Source: Vicinamibacterales bacterium (GTDB lineage Bacteria > Acidobacteriota > Vicinamibacteria > Vicinamibacterales > UBA8438). Taken from it: a stretch of 64,000 bases of DNA. Under the pieces are notes generated by a model. The model was not told where the DNA came from and made no database searches. It saw nothing but the letters and a program-made list of their open reading frames with translations. Both the position numbers and the translations under genes were made by a program. The stretch is taken from assembly GCA_965116845.1 (NCBI GenBank), contig OZ220728.1, forward strand, positions 4,333,268-4,397,267, given 5' to 3'. Below, one piece after another: positions 35,384-45,204 of the stretch. Each line of letters starts with the position of its first letter. The stretch's first letter is position 1.

Positions 35384-36862
35384 ATGGCGGACCCGAGAGA
35401 CGAATACGCACGCTTGATGACCCGGCGCTCGTTCTTCCGTGCCAGCGGGACCGGCCTCGGTTTCGCGGCGCTGGCGACGCTGCTCCGCGAGGACCTCGGC
35501 GCCGTGCAGACCGGCTCGGAGGCGTTCGGGGGCCTCCCCGACCTGCCGCACTTCGCCCCCAAGGCGAAGCGGGTCATCTACCTCTGCATGTCGGGAGCGC
35601 CGTCGCACCTCGATCTGTTCGACCACAAGCCGGGCCTGCAGCGGATGGCAGGCGAGGAGTTGCCGGACTCGGTGCGGGAGCGCCTACGGCTCAGCACGAT
35701 GACGGCGACGCAGAACACGCTGCCGATCATCCCGACCGTCTTCGAGTTCGCGCAGCGCGGACAGTCCGGCGCGTGGCTGAGCGAGCTGCTGCCGCATACC
35801 GCGAAGGTCGCCGACAACCTCTGCTTCGTGAAGTCGCTCTGGAACAGCCAACTCAATCACGACCCCGCCCAGACGCACCTCTTCACCGGCTTCCAGCTCA
35901 CGGGACGGCCCACCATCGGCGCGTGGGTCTCCTACGCGCTCGGCAGCGAGAACGACAACCTCCCGGCGTACGTGGCGATGCCGACCACCGGCTCGAGCAC
36001 GGGCGGCGGCCCGTTCCTGTCGCGCTACTGGGGCAGCGGATTCCTCCCCGCCCGCTACGGGGGCGTCAAGTTCGGGACGGGGCCGGACCCGGTGCTCTAC
36101 CTGTCCAACCCGAAGGGCTTCGACGCCGCCGACCGGCGCCGCTTCCTCGACGACCTGGCCGCGCTCAACCAGATGCAGCTCGAGGAATCGGGCGACCCGG
36201 AGATTGCGGCCCGCATCGAGCAGTACGAGATGGCCGCGCGCATGCAGCTCTCGGTGCCGGAGCTGACGGACCTGTCCACCGAGCCGGAGAGCACGTTCGA
36301 GCTGTACGGGGACGACGCCCGCCGGCAGGGCACCTTCGCGGCCAACTGCCTGCTGGCGCGGCGGCTGGCGGAGCGGGGCGTGCGCTACGTGATGCTGTCG
36401 CACACCGGCTGGGACCACCACAGCGACCTGCCGAACCAGCTTCCGCGGCAGACGCGCGAGGTCGACCAGGGCTCGGCTGCCCTGGTGCACGACCTGCAGC
36501 AGCGCGGCATGCTCGACGAGACGCTCGTGGTCTGGGGCGGCGAGTTCGGGCGCACGGTGTACGGCCAGTTCAACGCCGCCAACGACACCCGGGCCACGGC
36601 CAGCAGCTACGGGCGCGACCACAACCCCCGCTGCTACACCGTCTGGATGGCCGGCGGAGGCATCAAGCCCGGCATCACCCACGGGGAGACCGACGACTTC
36701 AGCGCCAGCATCGTGCGCGACCCGGTGAGCATCCACGACCTGCAGGCGACCATCCTGCACTGCGTGGGCATCGACCACCGGCGCCTCACCTACCGCTACC
36801 AGGGCCGAGACTTCCGCCTGACCGACGTCGGCGGCCGCATCGTGGAGGAGATCCTCGCATAG
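35384..36862 (+). CDS. DUF1501 domain-containing protein (sulfatase-like fold, Tat signal)
   Basis: TRRSFFRASGTGLGFAALATLL, then YLCMSGAPSHLDLFDHKP, and C-terminal GRDHN...MAGGGIKPG. Confidence 0.9.
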   Translation: MADPRDEYARLMTRRSFFRASGTGLGFAALATLLREDLGAVQTGSEAFGGLPDLPHFAPKAKRVIYLCMSGAPSHLDLFDHKPGLQRMAGEELPDSVRERLRLSTMTATQNTLPIIPTVFEFAQRGQSGAWLSELLPHTAKVADNLCFVKSLWNSQLNHDPAQTHLFTGFQLTGRPTIGAWVSYALGSENDNLPAYVAMPTTGSSTGGGPFLSRYWGSGFLPARYGGVKFGTGPDPVLYLSNPKGFDAADRRRFLDDLAALNQMQLEESGDPEIAARIEQYEMAARMQLSVPELTDLSTEPESTFELYGDDARRQGTFAANCLLARRLAERGVRYVMLSHTGWDHHSDLPNQLPRQTREVDQGSAALVHDLQQRGMLDETLVVWGGEFGRTVYGQFNAANDTRATASSYGRDHNPRCYTVWMAGGGIKPGITHGETDDFSASIVRDPVSIHDLQATILHCVGIDHRRLTYRYQGRDFRLTDVGGRIVEEILA

Positions 36863-36943
36863 GAGGCTGCGCCGTGGAACGGCGCGGACTCCTGTAGGCA
36901 TGGCTGGGCGCGAAGCGGAACCGTCAGGCGACGATTGGCGGGC
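36863..36943. repeat. direct repeat copy B (about 81 bp) spanning the methyltransferase start codon
   Basis: See copy A. Begins immediately after the DUF1501 TAG stop and contains ATG 36900. Confidence 0.85.
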
Positions 36944-37559
36944 GAACCCACGTGGCCCGAACCCGCAGATCGCGAAGTGGGACGCCCGCTACGCGGAGCG
37001 CCGGCCCGGCGCCCTGGAGGAGCCCTCGGCACCGCTGGCGCAAGCCGTCTCCGGCGTGCGAGCGGGGCGTGCGCTCGACCTCGCCTGCGGTGCCGGACGC
37101 CACGCCGTCTGGCTCGCGGCGCGCGGTTGGCGGGTGGACGGCGTGGACGGATCGGACACCGCCGTCCGCCTGTTGCTGGCCAACGCCACCCACGGCGGGT
37201 GCGGCGAGCGGGTCGCGGGTCACGTCGCCGATCTCGAGGCGGATCCGCCGGCGTTCGCCATCGCCCCGGCCGCCTACGACCTGATCGTCGACTGCTACTT
37301 CCTCCATCGGCCGCTCTTCGCGGCCATCCGGCAGGGCGTGCGGCCGGGCGGGTTGTTCGTGGCCGCGCTGCACCTGCCGGCCCCGGACGGCGGCCGCGAG
37401 CATCGCTTCGTGCTGCAGCCGGGCGAACTCGAAGGCATGGTGCGCGCCTGGGGCTGGGACGTCCGCCATAGCGTCGAGCGGCCCGCGGACCCGAAGGCGG
37501 ACCACGATCTGCGCACGGCCGAGATCGTCGCCCGAAGGCCAGCCGCCCCGGGGCCCTGA
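36900..37559 (+). CDS. class I SAM-dependent methyltransferase
   Basis: ALDLACGAGRHAVWLAARGWRVDGVD (motif I) and an overall TehB-like layout. Confidence 0.8.
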   Translation: MAGREAEPSGDDWRANPRGPNPQIAKWDARYAERRPGALEEPSAPLAQAVSGVRAGRALDLACGAGRHAVWLAARGWRVDGVDGSDTAVRLLLANATHGGCGERVAGHVADLEADPPAFAIAPAAYDLIVDCYFLHRPLFAAIRQGVRPGGLFVAALHLPAPDGGREHRFVLQPGELEGMVRAWGWDVRHSVERPADPKADHDLRTAEIVARRPAAPGP

Positions 37560-37593
37560 CGCACGGGAGCCTCGTCCGCCAGGGCGTCCACCG

Positions 37594-38007
37594 TCAGGGC
37601 GCGTCGGCGGTCTTCTTCGCGATGGTGACGACGTTGCGCCCGTCCACCCGGCGGAACTCGACGCGGTCCATCATCTGGTGGACGATGAAGAGACCGAGGC
37701 CGCCGACGGCGCGGTCCTCGAGAGCGGCCTCGGTATCGGGTTCGGGAACGCCCGACGACTCGAACTCCTGCCCGTCGTCGACGATCTGCACGACGACCGC
37801 ATCGGCATCGAGACGCAGGCTCAACTCGATGGTGTGCCGCTTGTCGTCCGCATAGCCGTAGCTGATCGTGTTGTTCAGCAGCTCGTCGACCGAAACGTTC
37901 ACGGCGTAGGCCACCTGTGGCGGGATGTCGTGCGACTCGCAGAACTCGTCGATGCGGGCTCCGACAGCGGCGATCTCGTCGAGATCGTTGGCGAGCGATA
38001 TCTTCAT
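37594..38007 (-). CDS. anti-sigma regulatory factor (RsbW/SpoIIAB-like Ser/Thr kinase, HATPase fold)
   Basis: ATG 38007. VDELLNNTISYGY ... VDDGQEF ... GGLGLFIVHQMMD. Confidence 0.75.
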   Translation of the reverse strand: MKISLANDLDEIAAVGARIDEFCESHDIPPQVAYAVNVSVDELLNNTISYGYADDKRHTIELSLRLDADAVVVQIVDDGQEFESSGVPEPDTEAALEDRAVGGLGLFIVHQMMDRVEFRRVDGRNVVTIAKKTADAP

Positions 38008-38059
38008 GCCGGCCGGGTCCTCGATTGCGTCCGCGCCATCTTCGCACAACCCCGGCGAC

Positions 38060-38644
38060 TCACGGCGACACGATGACCACGGCGCGGCAGCGCCTGCGGC
38101 CGATGCGGCGGTACCCGTGAGGCCGAGTGGCCCGGAAGTACGCCGAGTCCTCCGCCTCGAGGACCAGCTCGTGATCCTCCACGTACAGGCCGAGCGTGCC
38201 GGTGAGCACGAAAAGGAACTCGTCGCCCTCGTGCCGGTGGAGCCGCACGTCGTCCACCGGCATCGACTCGAACTCGGCCAGGTAGGCGCTGAGCTTCCGC
38301 TCCGTCGCCCCGTAGTCGAGAGACTCGAAGCGATAGGCGGCGTTCGTTTCGCCCGGCCGGTCCGGGAAGCGAAGGCGCTCGGCCCTTCGCATGAGTGCGA
38401 CCTCCGAGCCTCCGATGCTGAAGAAGTGGCCGAGGTCGACGCTGAACACCAGCGCGATCCGCAACAGCGTGGGCAGCGTCGGGTACATCTTGCCGCGTTC
38501 GATCTTGGAGAGGAGCGACGGCGAGAGCCCGGTGTGCCGGCCGAGCTCCGCCAGCCCCATCCGCTTGCGCCGGCGCAGCTCGCGGAGCTTGGCGCCGATG
38601 GCGTAGCGATCCAGCCCCTCGGTCAGGGCGGCAGTCAGCGCCAT
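38060..38644 (-). CDS. XRE-family transcriptional regulator with C-terminal cupin domain
   Basis: LRELRRRKRMGLAELGRHTGLSPSLLSKIERG (HTH_3), then HRHEGDEFLFVLTGTL cupin motif. The start overlaps the desaturase stop by 10 nt. Confidence 0.85.
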   Translation of the reverse strand: MALTAALTEGLDRYAIGAKLRELRRRKRMGLAELGRHTGLSPSLLSKIERGKMYPTLPTLLRIALVFSVDLGHFFSIGGSEVALMRRAERLRFPDRPGETNAAYRFESLDYGATERKLSAYLAEFESMPVDDVRLHRHEGDEFLFVLTGTLGLYVEDHELVLEAEDSAYFRATRPHGYRRIGRRRCRAVVIVSP

Positions 38645-39645
38645 GCCGGCCGCGACGGCGCCCGATGCGTCCGCGAAGGCCGGCCCGCTCCTTCCACGAG
38701 CACGGTCGGGGCGGGACCACGAACGTCCCAGACGATGCCGAGCCACGACAGGACCACGATTCCGTAGTGCGTCAGGTCGCACTCCCACCAGTAGAAGCCC
38801 TGCCGCTCGGAGGTCGGATAGCGGTGGTGGTTGTTGTGCCAGCCTTCCCCGGCGGTGATGAGGGCCAGCCACCAGAGGTTGCGGCTGTCGTCTCCGGTGT
38901 CGTAGCGGCGGCTCCCGTAGCGATGCGCCAGTGAATTGACGGCGAAAGTGACGTGATAGAGCGCCGTCGTGCTCCAGAACAGGGCGACGACGACAAGCTG
39001 CGCGCCGCTGGTGCCGAGCTCCGGGCTGGCGGCCCCCAGCCGCTCTCCGAGGGCGAAGAGCGCCGCTCCCAGCGCGAGGGGGGCGAGGTAGTGATTGCGG
39101 TCGAGCCAGCGCAACTCGGGAAACCGCAGCAGATCCGGCACCCACTCGGTCTTCGTTCGCTGGTTGGCGCGGCTCAGGATCCAGCCGAAGTGCGCCGTGA
39201 GAAAGCCGTGCGCGGACGGCGAGTGGACGTCGTCGCCCGTATCGCTGTGGCGATGGTGGCTGCGATGGTGCCCCGCCCACCAGAGCGGTCCCATCTGGGC
39301 CGCGGAGGCGCCCAGCCACGCCAGGACGAACTGGAACGCGCGTGTGGTGCGGAACGACCGGTGGCAGAAGTAGCGGTGATAACCGGCCGTGAGCCCGAAC
39401 ATGCGGGTCAGCAGCGTCACTGCGCCGACGGCGACCGCGATCGGGCTGACACCGGTCCAGACCACGGCGAGGCACGCCGCGTGAACGGCCAGGAATGGGA
39501 AGCCACCGAGCCAGTCGATGCCGTCGCCGGCCTCCGGGACAACCTCCTGCGGCGCGGAGGCGCGATCGCTGTGCCTCCGCTCCCTTGCCGACGATGTAGC
39601 CACGACCTCTCCTTCCTCGACGGCTCCGGAAGCGTGCCCAACCAT
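38635..39645 (-). CDS. membrane fatty-acid (acyl-CoA/acyl-lipid) desaturase
   Basis: Three His boxes: HRYFCH, HRSHHRH, HNNHH. Hydrophobic helices. Confidence 0.85.
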   Translation of the reverse strand: MVGHASGAVEEGEVVATSSARERRHSDRASAPQEVVPEAGDGIDWLGGFPFLAVHAACLAVVWTGVSPIAVAVGAVTLLTRMFGLTAGYHRYFCHRSFRTTRAFQFVLAWLGASAAQMGPLWWAGHHRSHHRHSDTGDDVHSPSAHGFLTAHFGWILSRANQRTKTEWVPDLLRFPELRWLDRNHYLAPLALGAALFALGERLGAASPELGTSGAQLVVVALFWSTTALYHVTFAVNSLAHRYGSRRYDTGDDSRNLWWLALITAGEGWHNNHHRYPTSERQGFYWWECDLTHYGIVVLSWLGIVWDVRGPAPTVLVEGAGRPSRTHRAPSRPAWR

Positions 39646-39676
39646 GATAGTCGGAGTTCGTCGCGAGGCTCCTCGC

Positions 39677-40456
39677 TCAACCGCGTGGCGGCCACGGGAA
39701 GAACGGGCTCGTGCGGGCGATGTAAGCGCGATAGCCCGGCTTGGAGCGCCGGAGGTCGGGCTCCAGCATCGCCACCCCGGAGACCCGCACCAGCAGCACC
39801 GTCATGAGCAGCGGGCCGACGGCGCTCCACCAACCGCCCGGGGTGGCGGCGGCGAACGCGAAGAATCCCCACCAGACGACCGCATCGCCGAAGTAGTTGG
39901 GATGGCGCGTGTAGCGCCAGAAGCCGCTGTCGCACACCCGACCCCGATTGGCGGGGTCGCGGCGGAAGCGCGCAAGCTGCCAGTCGCCGCCCGCCTCGAA
40001 GAGCAAGCCGACCGCGACGAGCGCGATCCCCAATCCGTCGAGTCCGCCGAGCGTGGCCGGCGCCTCCGCCAGGAGCGCCACGCCCACCGGCGCGGAGACT
40101 ATCCAGGCCAGGGCCGCCTGCAACCAGAACACCTTGAACAGGCTGGCCCACCAGAAGCTCCCGCCTCCACGCTCCCGCATGCGGCGGTAGCGTCGATCCT
40201 CCGGACTGCCCCAGTTGCGCCGCAGCAGGTGCAGCGCGAGCCGGAGCCCCCAGAGGTGCAACAGGACCAGAACCAGCACCTGCCGCGACGTCGCCGCCTC
40301 CGCGGACACCTGGTAGGCCCAGGCGGCCGCCAGAAAGCCAAGGCCCCAGGCGATGTCGACGATGCTGGCGTCGCGCCGCGCGACGCTCAACAGCCACACC
40401 GCGGTCATGAAGAGCACGACCGTGCCGAGCGCCGCGAGCGCAGCGTCGACGCTCAT
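39677..40456 (-). CDS. DUF1295 domain-containing membrane protein (steroid-5-alpha-reductase/ICMT-like)
   Basis: ATGA overlap with the upstream gene. GFWRYTRHPNYFGD motif. Multi-helix. Confidence 0.8.
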   Translation of the reverse strand: MSVDAALAALGTVVLFMTAVWLLSVARRDASIVDIAWGLGFLAAAWAYQVSAEAATSRQVLVLVLLHLWGLRLALHLLRRNWGSPEDRRYRRMRERGGGSFWWASLFKVFWLQAALAWIVSAPVGVALLAEAPATLGGLDGLGIALVAVGLLFEAGGDWQLARFRRDPANRGRVCDSGFWRYTRHPNYFGDAVVWWGFFAFAAATPGGWWSAVGPLLMTVLLVRVSGVAMLEPDLRRSKPGYRAYIARTSPFFPWPPRG

Positions 40457-41571
40457 CGGTACACAGGCCTCGACGACGTGCCGGCGGGAGAAGGAGCGCC
40501 GGCGGGGCGCGGCGGGTCGAAGGAGGCGTTCGGTCCGCCGGCCGCCGGTTGCAGCAGGTAGTGAACCACCCCCCACTCGGCTCCCCCCCGGAGGCCGAAC
40601 AGCTCGGCGCACGCGAGCAGGAAGAGCCGCCACCGCAACGTCGCGAGCCGTCCCGCCGCGCGACCGCGCCCGCGCGACAGCATCGCCTCGACCTCCGGCC
40701 GGCGCGCGTCGAGCCGGGCCAGCCACGCCCGGAGCGTCCGCTCGTAGTGTCGGCCGCCCATCGACCACTGTCGTTCCAGCGAGAGCCCGTGCAGGCATCG
40801 CGGGAGCAGGTCGACCGAGGGCATCATCCCGCCCGTGAAGAAGTGCCGAGCCATCCAGTCGTCATCTCCGTCGCGCTCGAAGAAGTAGCAGTATCGCCGA
40901 TGTGCGAACAGGTGCACGAACAGCCGCCCGCCCGGCTCCAGCCAGGAGCGGATGCGGCCGAGCAGCCGTTCGTGGTTGCGCATGTGCTCGAACATTTCGA
41001 TCGACACGACCCGATCGAAGAACCCCGGGGGGTCGAACCGATTCATGTCGGCGGTGACCACGTCGAGGTTTCCGAGGCCCTCACGGTCGCGCTCGACCTC
41101 GATGTGCCGGCGCTGCGCCGCCGCGTTCGATACCGCGACCACCTGCGCCCCGGGGTACCGCCGGGCGATCCACAGCGCGAGCGCCCCCCAGCCGCAGCCG
41201 AGATCGAGGACCCGCATGCCGTCGGCGATCCCGGCCCGCGCGCAGGTCCGCTCGAGGGACGCCGCCTCCGCCGCATCGAGCGAGGTCACCCCGGCGGGCC
41301 ACGCGCAGGCGCTGTACTTCATGCGGGGACCGAGCACCACGCGAAAGAAGTCGGCCGGCACCTCGTAGTGCTGCGCGTTCGCCTCGCCGGTCGCCAGCGC
41401 GATGGGGCTCTCGCGCATCGCGGCCAGCATCCGGCAGAGCACGGGCTCGCTCCCCTCCCCGGCCTGGCGGTGCTCGACCTCCAGCCTGCGCCGCAGCAGG
41501 CGTCGGATGCCGCGGCGGACCGCCCAGTCGGGCAACCAGCCCCGCTCCGCCGCTTCGATGGCGAGGCTCAC
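40453..41571 (-). CDS. cyclopropane-fatty-acyl-phospholipid-synthase-like SAM methyltransferase (second copy)
   Basis: GTGA overlap with the upstream cfa. HYEVPADFF, VLDLGCGWGALALW, SIEMFEHM. Confidence 0.85.
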   Translation of the reverse strand: MSLAIEAAERGWLPDWAVRRGIRRLLRRRLEVEHRQAGEGSEPVLCRMLAAMRESPIALATGEANAQHYEVPADFFRVVLGPRMKYSACAWPAGVTSLDAAEAASLERTCARAGIADGMRVLDLGCGWGALALWIARRYPGAQVVAVSNAAAQRRHIEVERDREGLGNLDVVTADMNRFDPPGFFDRVVSIEMFEHMRNHERLLGRIRSWLEPGGRLFVHLFAHRRYCYFFERDGDDDWMARHFFTGGMMPSVDLLPRCLHGLSLERQWSMGGRHYERTLRAWLARLDARRPEVEAMLSRGRGRAAGRLATLRWRLFLLACAELFGLRGGAEWGVVHYLLQPAAGGPNASFDPPRPAGAPSPAGTSSRPVYR

Positions 41572-42839
41572 GGCCGCTCCCCGGCACCGGCGCCCGGCTT
41601 CGTCAGCAGGAGCTGCACGTCCCCGATGGCACGCTCCAGGAAGCCCGCCTCCGAGTAGCAGAAGTAGTACTCCCAGAGCCGCAGCAACGAGTCCCGGTAG
41701 CCGAGCGCCGACAGCTCCTCCCAGTGGTCGATGAGGCGCGACCGCCAGGCGCGGAGCGTCGGCGGATAGTGGGCCGTGATGTCGTCCACGTCCGCGACCG
41801 CCAACCTGGTTCGGGACTCGAACCGCCGGCGCAGGTCGGACAGCGAGGGGAGGAAGCCGCCGGGAAAGAGGTAGCGCTGAATGACGTCGACCGACCGGCG
41901 GTACGACTCGTAGCGGTCGTCCGCGATGACGATGGACTGCAGCAGCATGCGGCCGCCCGGCCTCGTCAGGCGGTCGCAGATGTCTACGTAGGTGTCGAGG
42001 AATGCCTCTCCGACCGCTTCGATCATCTCGATCGAGGCGACCTTGTCGAAGCGCCGGCCGACCACGCGTGGCAGGTCGCGGTAGTCCACCTCGAGGACGC
42101 GCACGCGATCGGCGAGACCAGCCGCAGCGACCCGCGCCCGGACGTGGGCGTACTGCTCCCCGGAGATGGTCGTCGTCGTCACGCGGCAGCCGTAGATGGT
42201 CGCCGCGTGCAGGGCGAGGCTGCCCCAGCCGCCGCCGATCTCGACCAGCTCGTCGCCGCGGGAGAGCTGCAGCTTGCGGCAGACGAGATCGAGCTTGTGG
42301 CGCGAGGCCTCCTCCAGCGTGCGACGCTCGTCGCGGAACACACCGCAGGAATAGGTCAGCGTCGGGTCAAGAAACGCCGCGAAGAACGCGTTCCCCAGGT
42401 CGTAGTGGGCCGCGATGTTGCGGCGGCTCCCGCGGCGGCGGTTCGGGCGCAGCCTGTGCCGCACGCGGTGGACGGCCATCGCGGCACGCGTCGTCCAGCC
42501 GTCGATCCCCGTCGCAACCTCCGGGTTGCGGGCGACGATCCGGATGAGGGCGGTCAGGTCGGACGCCGTCCACCAGCCGCCGGCGTAGGCCTCCGCGGCC
42601 CCCATGGCGCCCCCGAGTGCGATCGACCGGTAGGCGCGCGGATCGCGAATCTCGATTCGCGCCGCGAGCGCCGGGTCGACCGGCGTCCCGAACCGCCGGA
42701 GCCGATCGCCGTCCTCCACCTCCACCACGCCCTCCCGCAGGGCGCTCAGCCGGTTCTCGAGGAGGCGCCGGTACGTGCCCGAGAGGAACGACCCCCGCAT
42801 CGCGGGCGGGGCTCCGGTGAGCGGCTCGGAGTGGATCAT
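41568..42839 (-). CDS. cfa: cyclopropane-fatty-acyl-phospholipid synthase family methyltransferase
   Basis: HYDLGNAFFAAFLDPTLTYSCG, LVEIGGGWGSLALHAA, SIEMIEAVG, YFCYSEAGF. Confidence 0.85.
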   Translation of the reverse strand: MIHSEPLTGAPPAMRGSFLSGTYRRLLENRLSALREGVVEVEDGDRLRRFGTPVDPALAARIEIRDPRAYRSIALGGAMGAAEAYAGGWWTASDLTALIRIVARNPEVATGIDGWTTRAAMAVHRVRHRLRPNRRRGSRRNIAAHYDLGNAFFAAFLDPTLTYSCGVFRDERRTLEEASRHKLDLVCRKLQLSRGDELVEIGGGWGSLALHAATIYGCRVTTTTISGEQYAHVRARVAAAGLADRVRVLEVDYRDLPRVVGRRFDKVASIEMIEAVGEAFLDTYVDICDRLTRPGGRMLLQSIVIADDRYESYRRSVDVIQRYLFPGGFLPSLSDLRRRFESRTRLAVADVDDITAHYPPTLRAWRSRLIDHWEELSALGYRDSLLRLWEYYFCYSEAGFLERAIGDVQLLLTKPGAGAGERP

Positions 42840-43021
42840 GCGGTTCGCGTCGGCGCCGTCCTCTGCGTGACAGGCCCTACTGTAATGTTACGGAGCCTCG
42901 CCCCGCCCGGAATGGCGCCGGCCGCGGGGTAGTGATTTTCGGGACAATGCGGCCGCCCGGACTGCACCCTCACGCATGTCCGCCCGTCCGCGCGCCGGAA
43001 GATCGGCGATGCTATGGGGAG

Positions 43022-44293
43022 ATGAGAGTCGCCGTCGTCGGTAGCGGCGTTTCCGGCCTCGTGGCCGCCGGCGAGCTGCACCGCGAGCACGAGGTAACGG
43101 TCTTCGAGCGGAACGACTACCTCGGCGGCCACGCCCGCACGCATCTGGTCGACGACCGGAGGACGGGCCGCACGCTCGCCCTCGACACCGGGTTCCTCGT
43201 GTTCAACGAGCCGAACTACCCGCTGTTCTCCCGGCTGCTCGATCGGCTCGGGGTGACGAGCCAGGCCGCCGACATGTCGTTCGGCGTCCGGTGCGCGCGC
43301 TGCGGCGTGGAGTACAGCAGCCGGGGGCTGCGCGGGCTGTTCGCCCGGCCGCGGCAGGCGTTCTCCCCGGCGTTCCACCGCATGGCCGTCGACATCGTCC
43401 GCTTCAACCGCTGGGCCCGGGAACGGCGTCTGCGGCTCGGCGCGATGTCGGTCGCCGACCTGCGGCGCGCGCGCCTGTTCGGCGACGGCCTGTTCCGCCA
43501 CTACCTCCTACCGATGGGGGCCGCGATCTGGTCGGCGGCGGCGGCGGACATCGGCCGGTTGCCCCTCCGCTTCCTGGTCGACTTCTTCCACAACCACGGG
43601 CTGCTGCAGATCGCCGGCCATCCGCCGTGGCGGACGGTGGTCGGCGGCAGCCGGCGCTACGTCGAGGCCCTCGTGCGGCCGTTCGCAGACGGGGTACGGC
43701 TTCGAAGCCCGGTCCGCGCGGTGCGGCGGCGGCCCGACGGTGTCACCGTGCAGACCGACGCGGCGGGCGCGGAGTCGTTCGATCGGGTGGTATTGGCCAC
43801 GCACACCGACCAGGCGCTGGCGCTGCTGGAGGACGCGGACGAGACCGAGCGCCGCGCCCTGGCCGCGCTTCCGTACCGGCGCAACGCGGTGGTGCTGCAC
43901 ACCGATGCACGGCAGCTTCCCCGCGCCGCATTCGCCCGCGCCGCCTGGAACTACCGCACCGCCGACTGCCGGAACGGGTCGGCGGCGGTCGGCATCACCT
44001 ACTGCCTCAACCGACTGCAGCGGCTGGACACCGGCACGGCCTACTGCGTCACGCTGAACCCACCCGACGGAGCGGCGGCCATCGAGCCGTCGGCGGTCAT
44101 CGCGCGGCTGTCCTACTCCCACCCGATCTACGCACCGGAGGGCCTGGCCGGCCGGCGCGCGCTCGCCGCCATCAACGGCCGGCGGCGCACCGCCTACTGC
44201 GGGGCCTGGCTCGGCAACGGCTTCCACGAGGACGGAGTCCGGGCCGGGCTCGAGGCGGCCCGCACGATCCGCGAGGCGCGCGAGGCGACATGA
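43022..44293 (+). CDS. NAD(P)/FAD-dependent oxidoreductase (amine-oxidase/phytoene-desaturase fold)
   Basis: MRVAVVGSGVSGLVAA...VFERNDYLGGHA dinucleotide-binding motif. Divergent from the cfa genes. Confidence 0.85.
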   Translation: MRVAVVGSGVSGLVAAGELHREHEVTVFERNDYLGGHARTHLVDDRRTGRTLALDTGFLVFNEPNYPLFSRLLDRLGVTSQAADMSFGVRCARCGVEYSSRGLRGLFARPRQAFSPAFHRMAVDIVRFNRWARERRLRLGAMSVADLRRARLFGDGLFRHYLLPMGAAIWSAAAADIGRLPLRFLVDFFHNHGLLQIAGHPPWRTVVGGSRRYVEALVRPFADGVRLRSPVRAVRRRPDGVTVQTDAAGAESFDRVVLATHTDQALALLEDADETERRALAALPYRRNAVVLHTDARQLPRAAFARAAWNYRTADCRNGSAAVGITYCLNRLQRLDTGTAYCVTLNPPDGAAAIEPSAVIARLSYSHPIYAPEGLAGRRALAAINGRRRTAYCGAWLGNGFHEDGVRAGLEAARTIREAREAT

Positions 44294-45204
44294 CCTCCTG
44301 CCTTTACGCAGGCTACCTTCGACATCGGCGCCGCCGTCCCCGCGTGCACGCGTTCCGCTACCGCCTCTGCCTGTTCTATCTCGACCTGGATGAGCTGCCG
44401 GAGATCCACCGCACGGTCCGGCTTTTCTCGGTCAACCGCCTAAACGCGGTCGCCTTCCACGACCGCGACCACCTGGACGGGCGCCTCGCCGACACCCGGG
44501 CGCGGGTGGCGGCGCTGGTCCGGGATGCCGGCGTGCCCCTTGCCGCCCCGAAGATCTACCTACTGACCCAGTGTCGCATCCTGGGCTACGCCTTCAACCC
44601 AATCAGCGTCTTCTACTGCCACGACGGCCCCGGCGGGCCGCTCCGCGCCGTCGTCGCCGAGGTGAACAACACCTTCGGGGAGCGGCATCTGTACGTGTTG
44701 CGGAACCGGCTCAACCCCGCGGCCGACGTGTCGCGGCACGCCGCGCGCTATCGCGCCCCCAAGGCGATGTACGTGTCGCCCTTCCTCGCGAGCGAGGGAC
44801 ACTACGACTTCCACTTCGCGCCGGTCGGCCCGAGGCTGAGCGTGAGCATCCTGCAGTACGAGCGCGGCCGGCCGACCCTCGACGCACAGCTCTGGGGCCG
44901 CCGGACCGAGCTGACGTCCCGGTCGGTCGCCCGCCTGCTGACGACCCATCCGCTGGCGGCCGTCAAGACGATTGCGGCGATTCACGCAGAGGCGCTGCGC
45001 CTCTGGTGGAAAGGGATCCCGGTGCGCCCGCGGCCCCCGCGTCACACCGGGGCGCTCGGCCTGCGGGTGAGCGTGGACGACGTTGCGCCGGCGCCGGATG
45101 CACCCGTTCCGGCGGCGCCGTTTCCGGCGGCGCTCGTTCCGCCGCCGGTTCCAGCGGGAGTGATTTCGGAGGATGCGAGTCATGCGATTCGACGGCATTC
45201 GTAG
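44290..45204 (+). CDS. DUF1365 domain-containing protein
   Basis: ATGA overlap with the FAD oxidoreductase. LYAGYLRHRRRRPRVHAFRYRLCLFYLDLDEL is the typical DUF1365 N-terminus. Confidence 0.85.
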   Translation: MTSCLYAGYLRHRRRRPRVHAFRYRLCLFYLDLDELPEIHRTVRLFSVNRLNAVAFHDRDHLDGRLADTRARVAALVRDAGVPLAAPKIYLLTQCRILGYAFNPISVFYCHDGPGGPLRAVVAEVNNTFGERHLYVLRNRLNPAADVSRHAARYRAPKAMYVSPFLASEGHYDFHFAPVGPRLSVSILQYERGRPTLDAQLWGRRTELTSRSVARLLTTHPLAAVKTIAAIHAEALRLWWKGIPVRPRPPRHTGALGLRVSVDDVAPAPDAPVPAAPFPAALVPPPVPAGVISEDASHAIRRHS

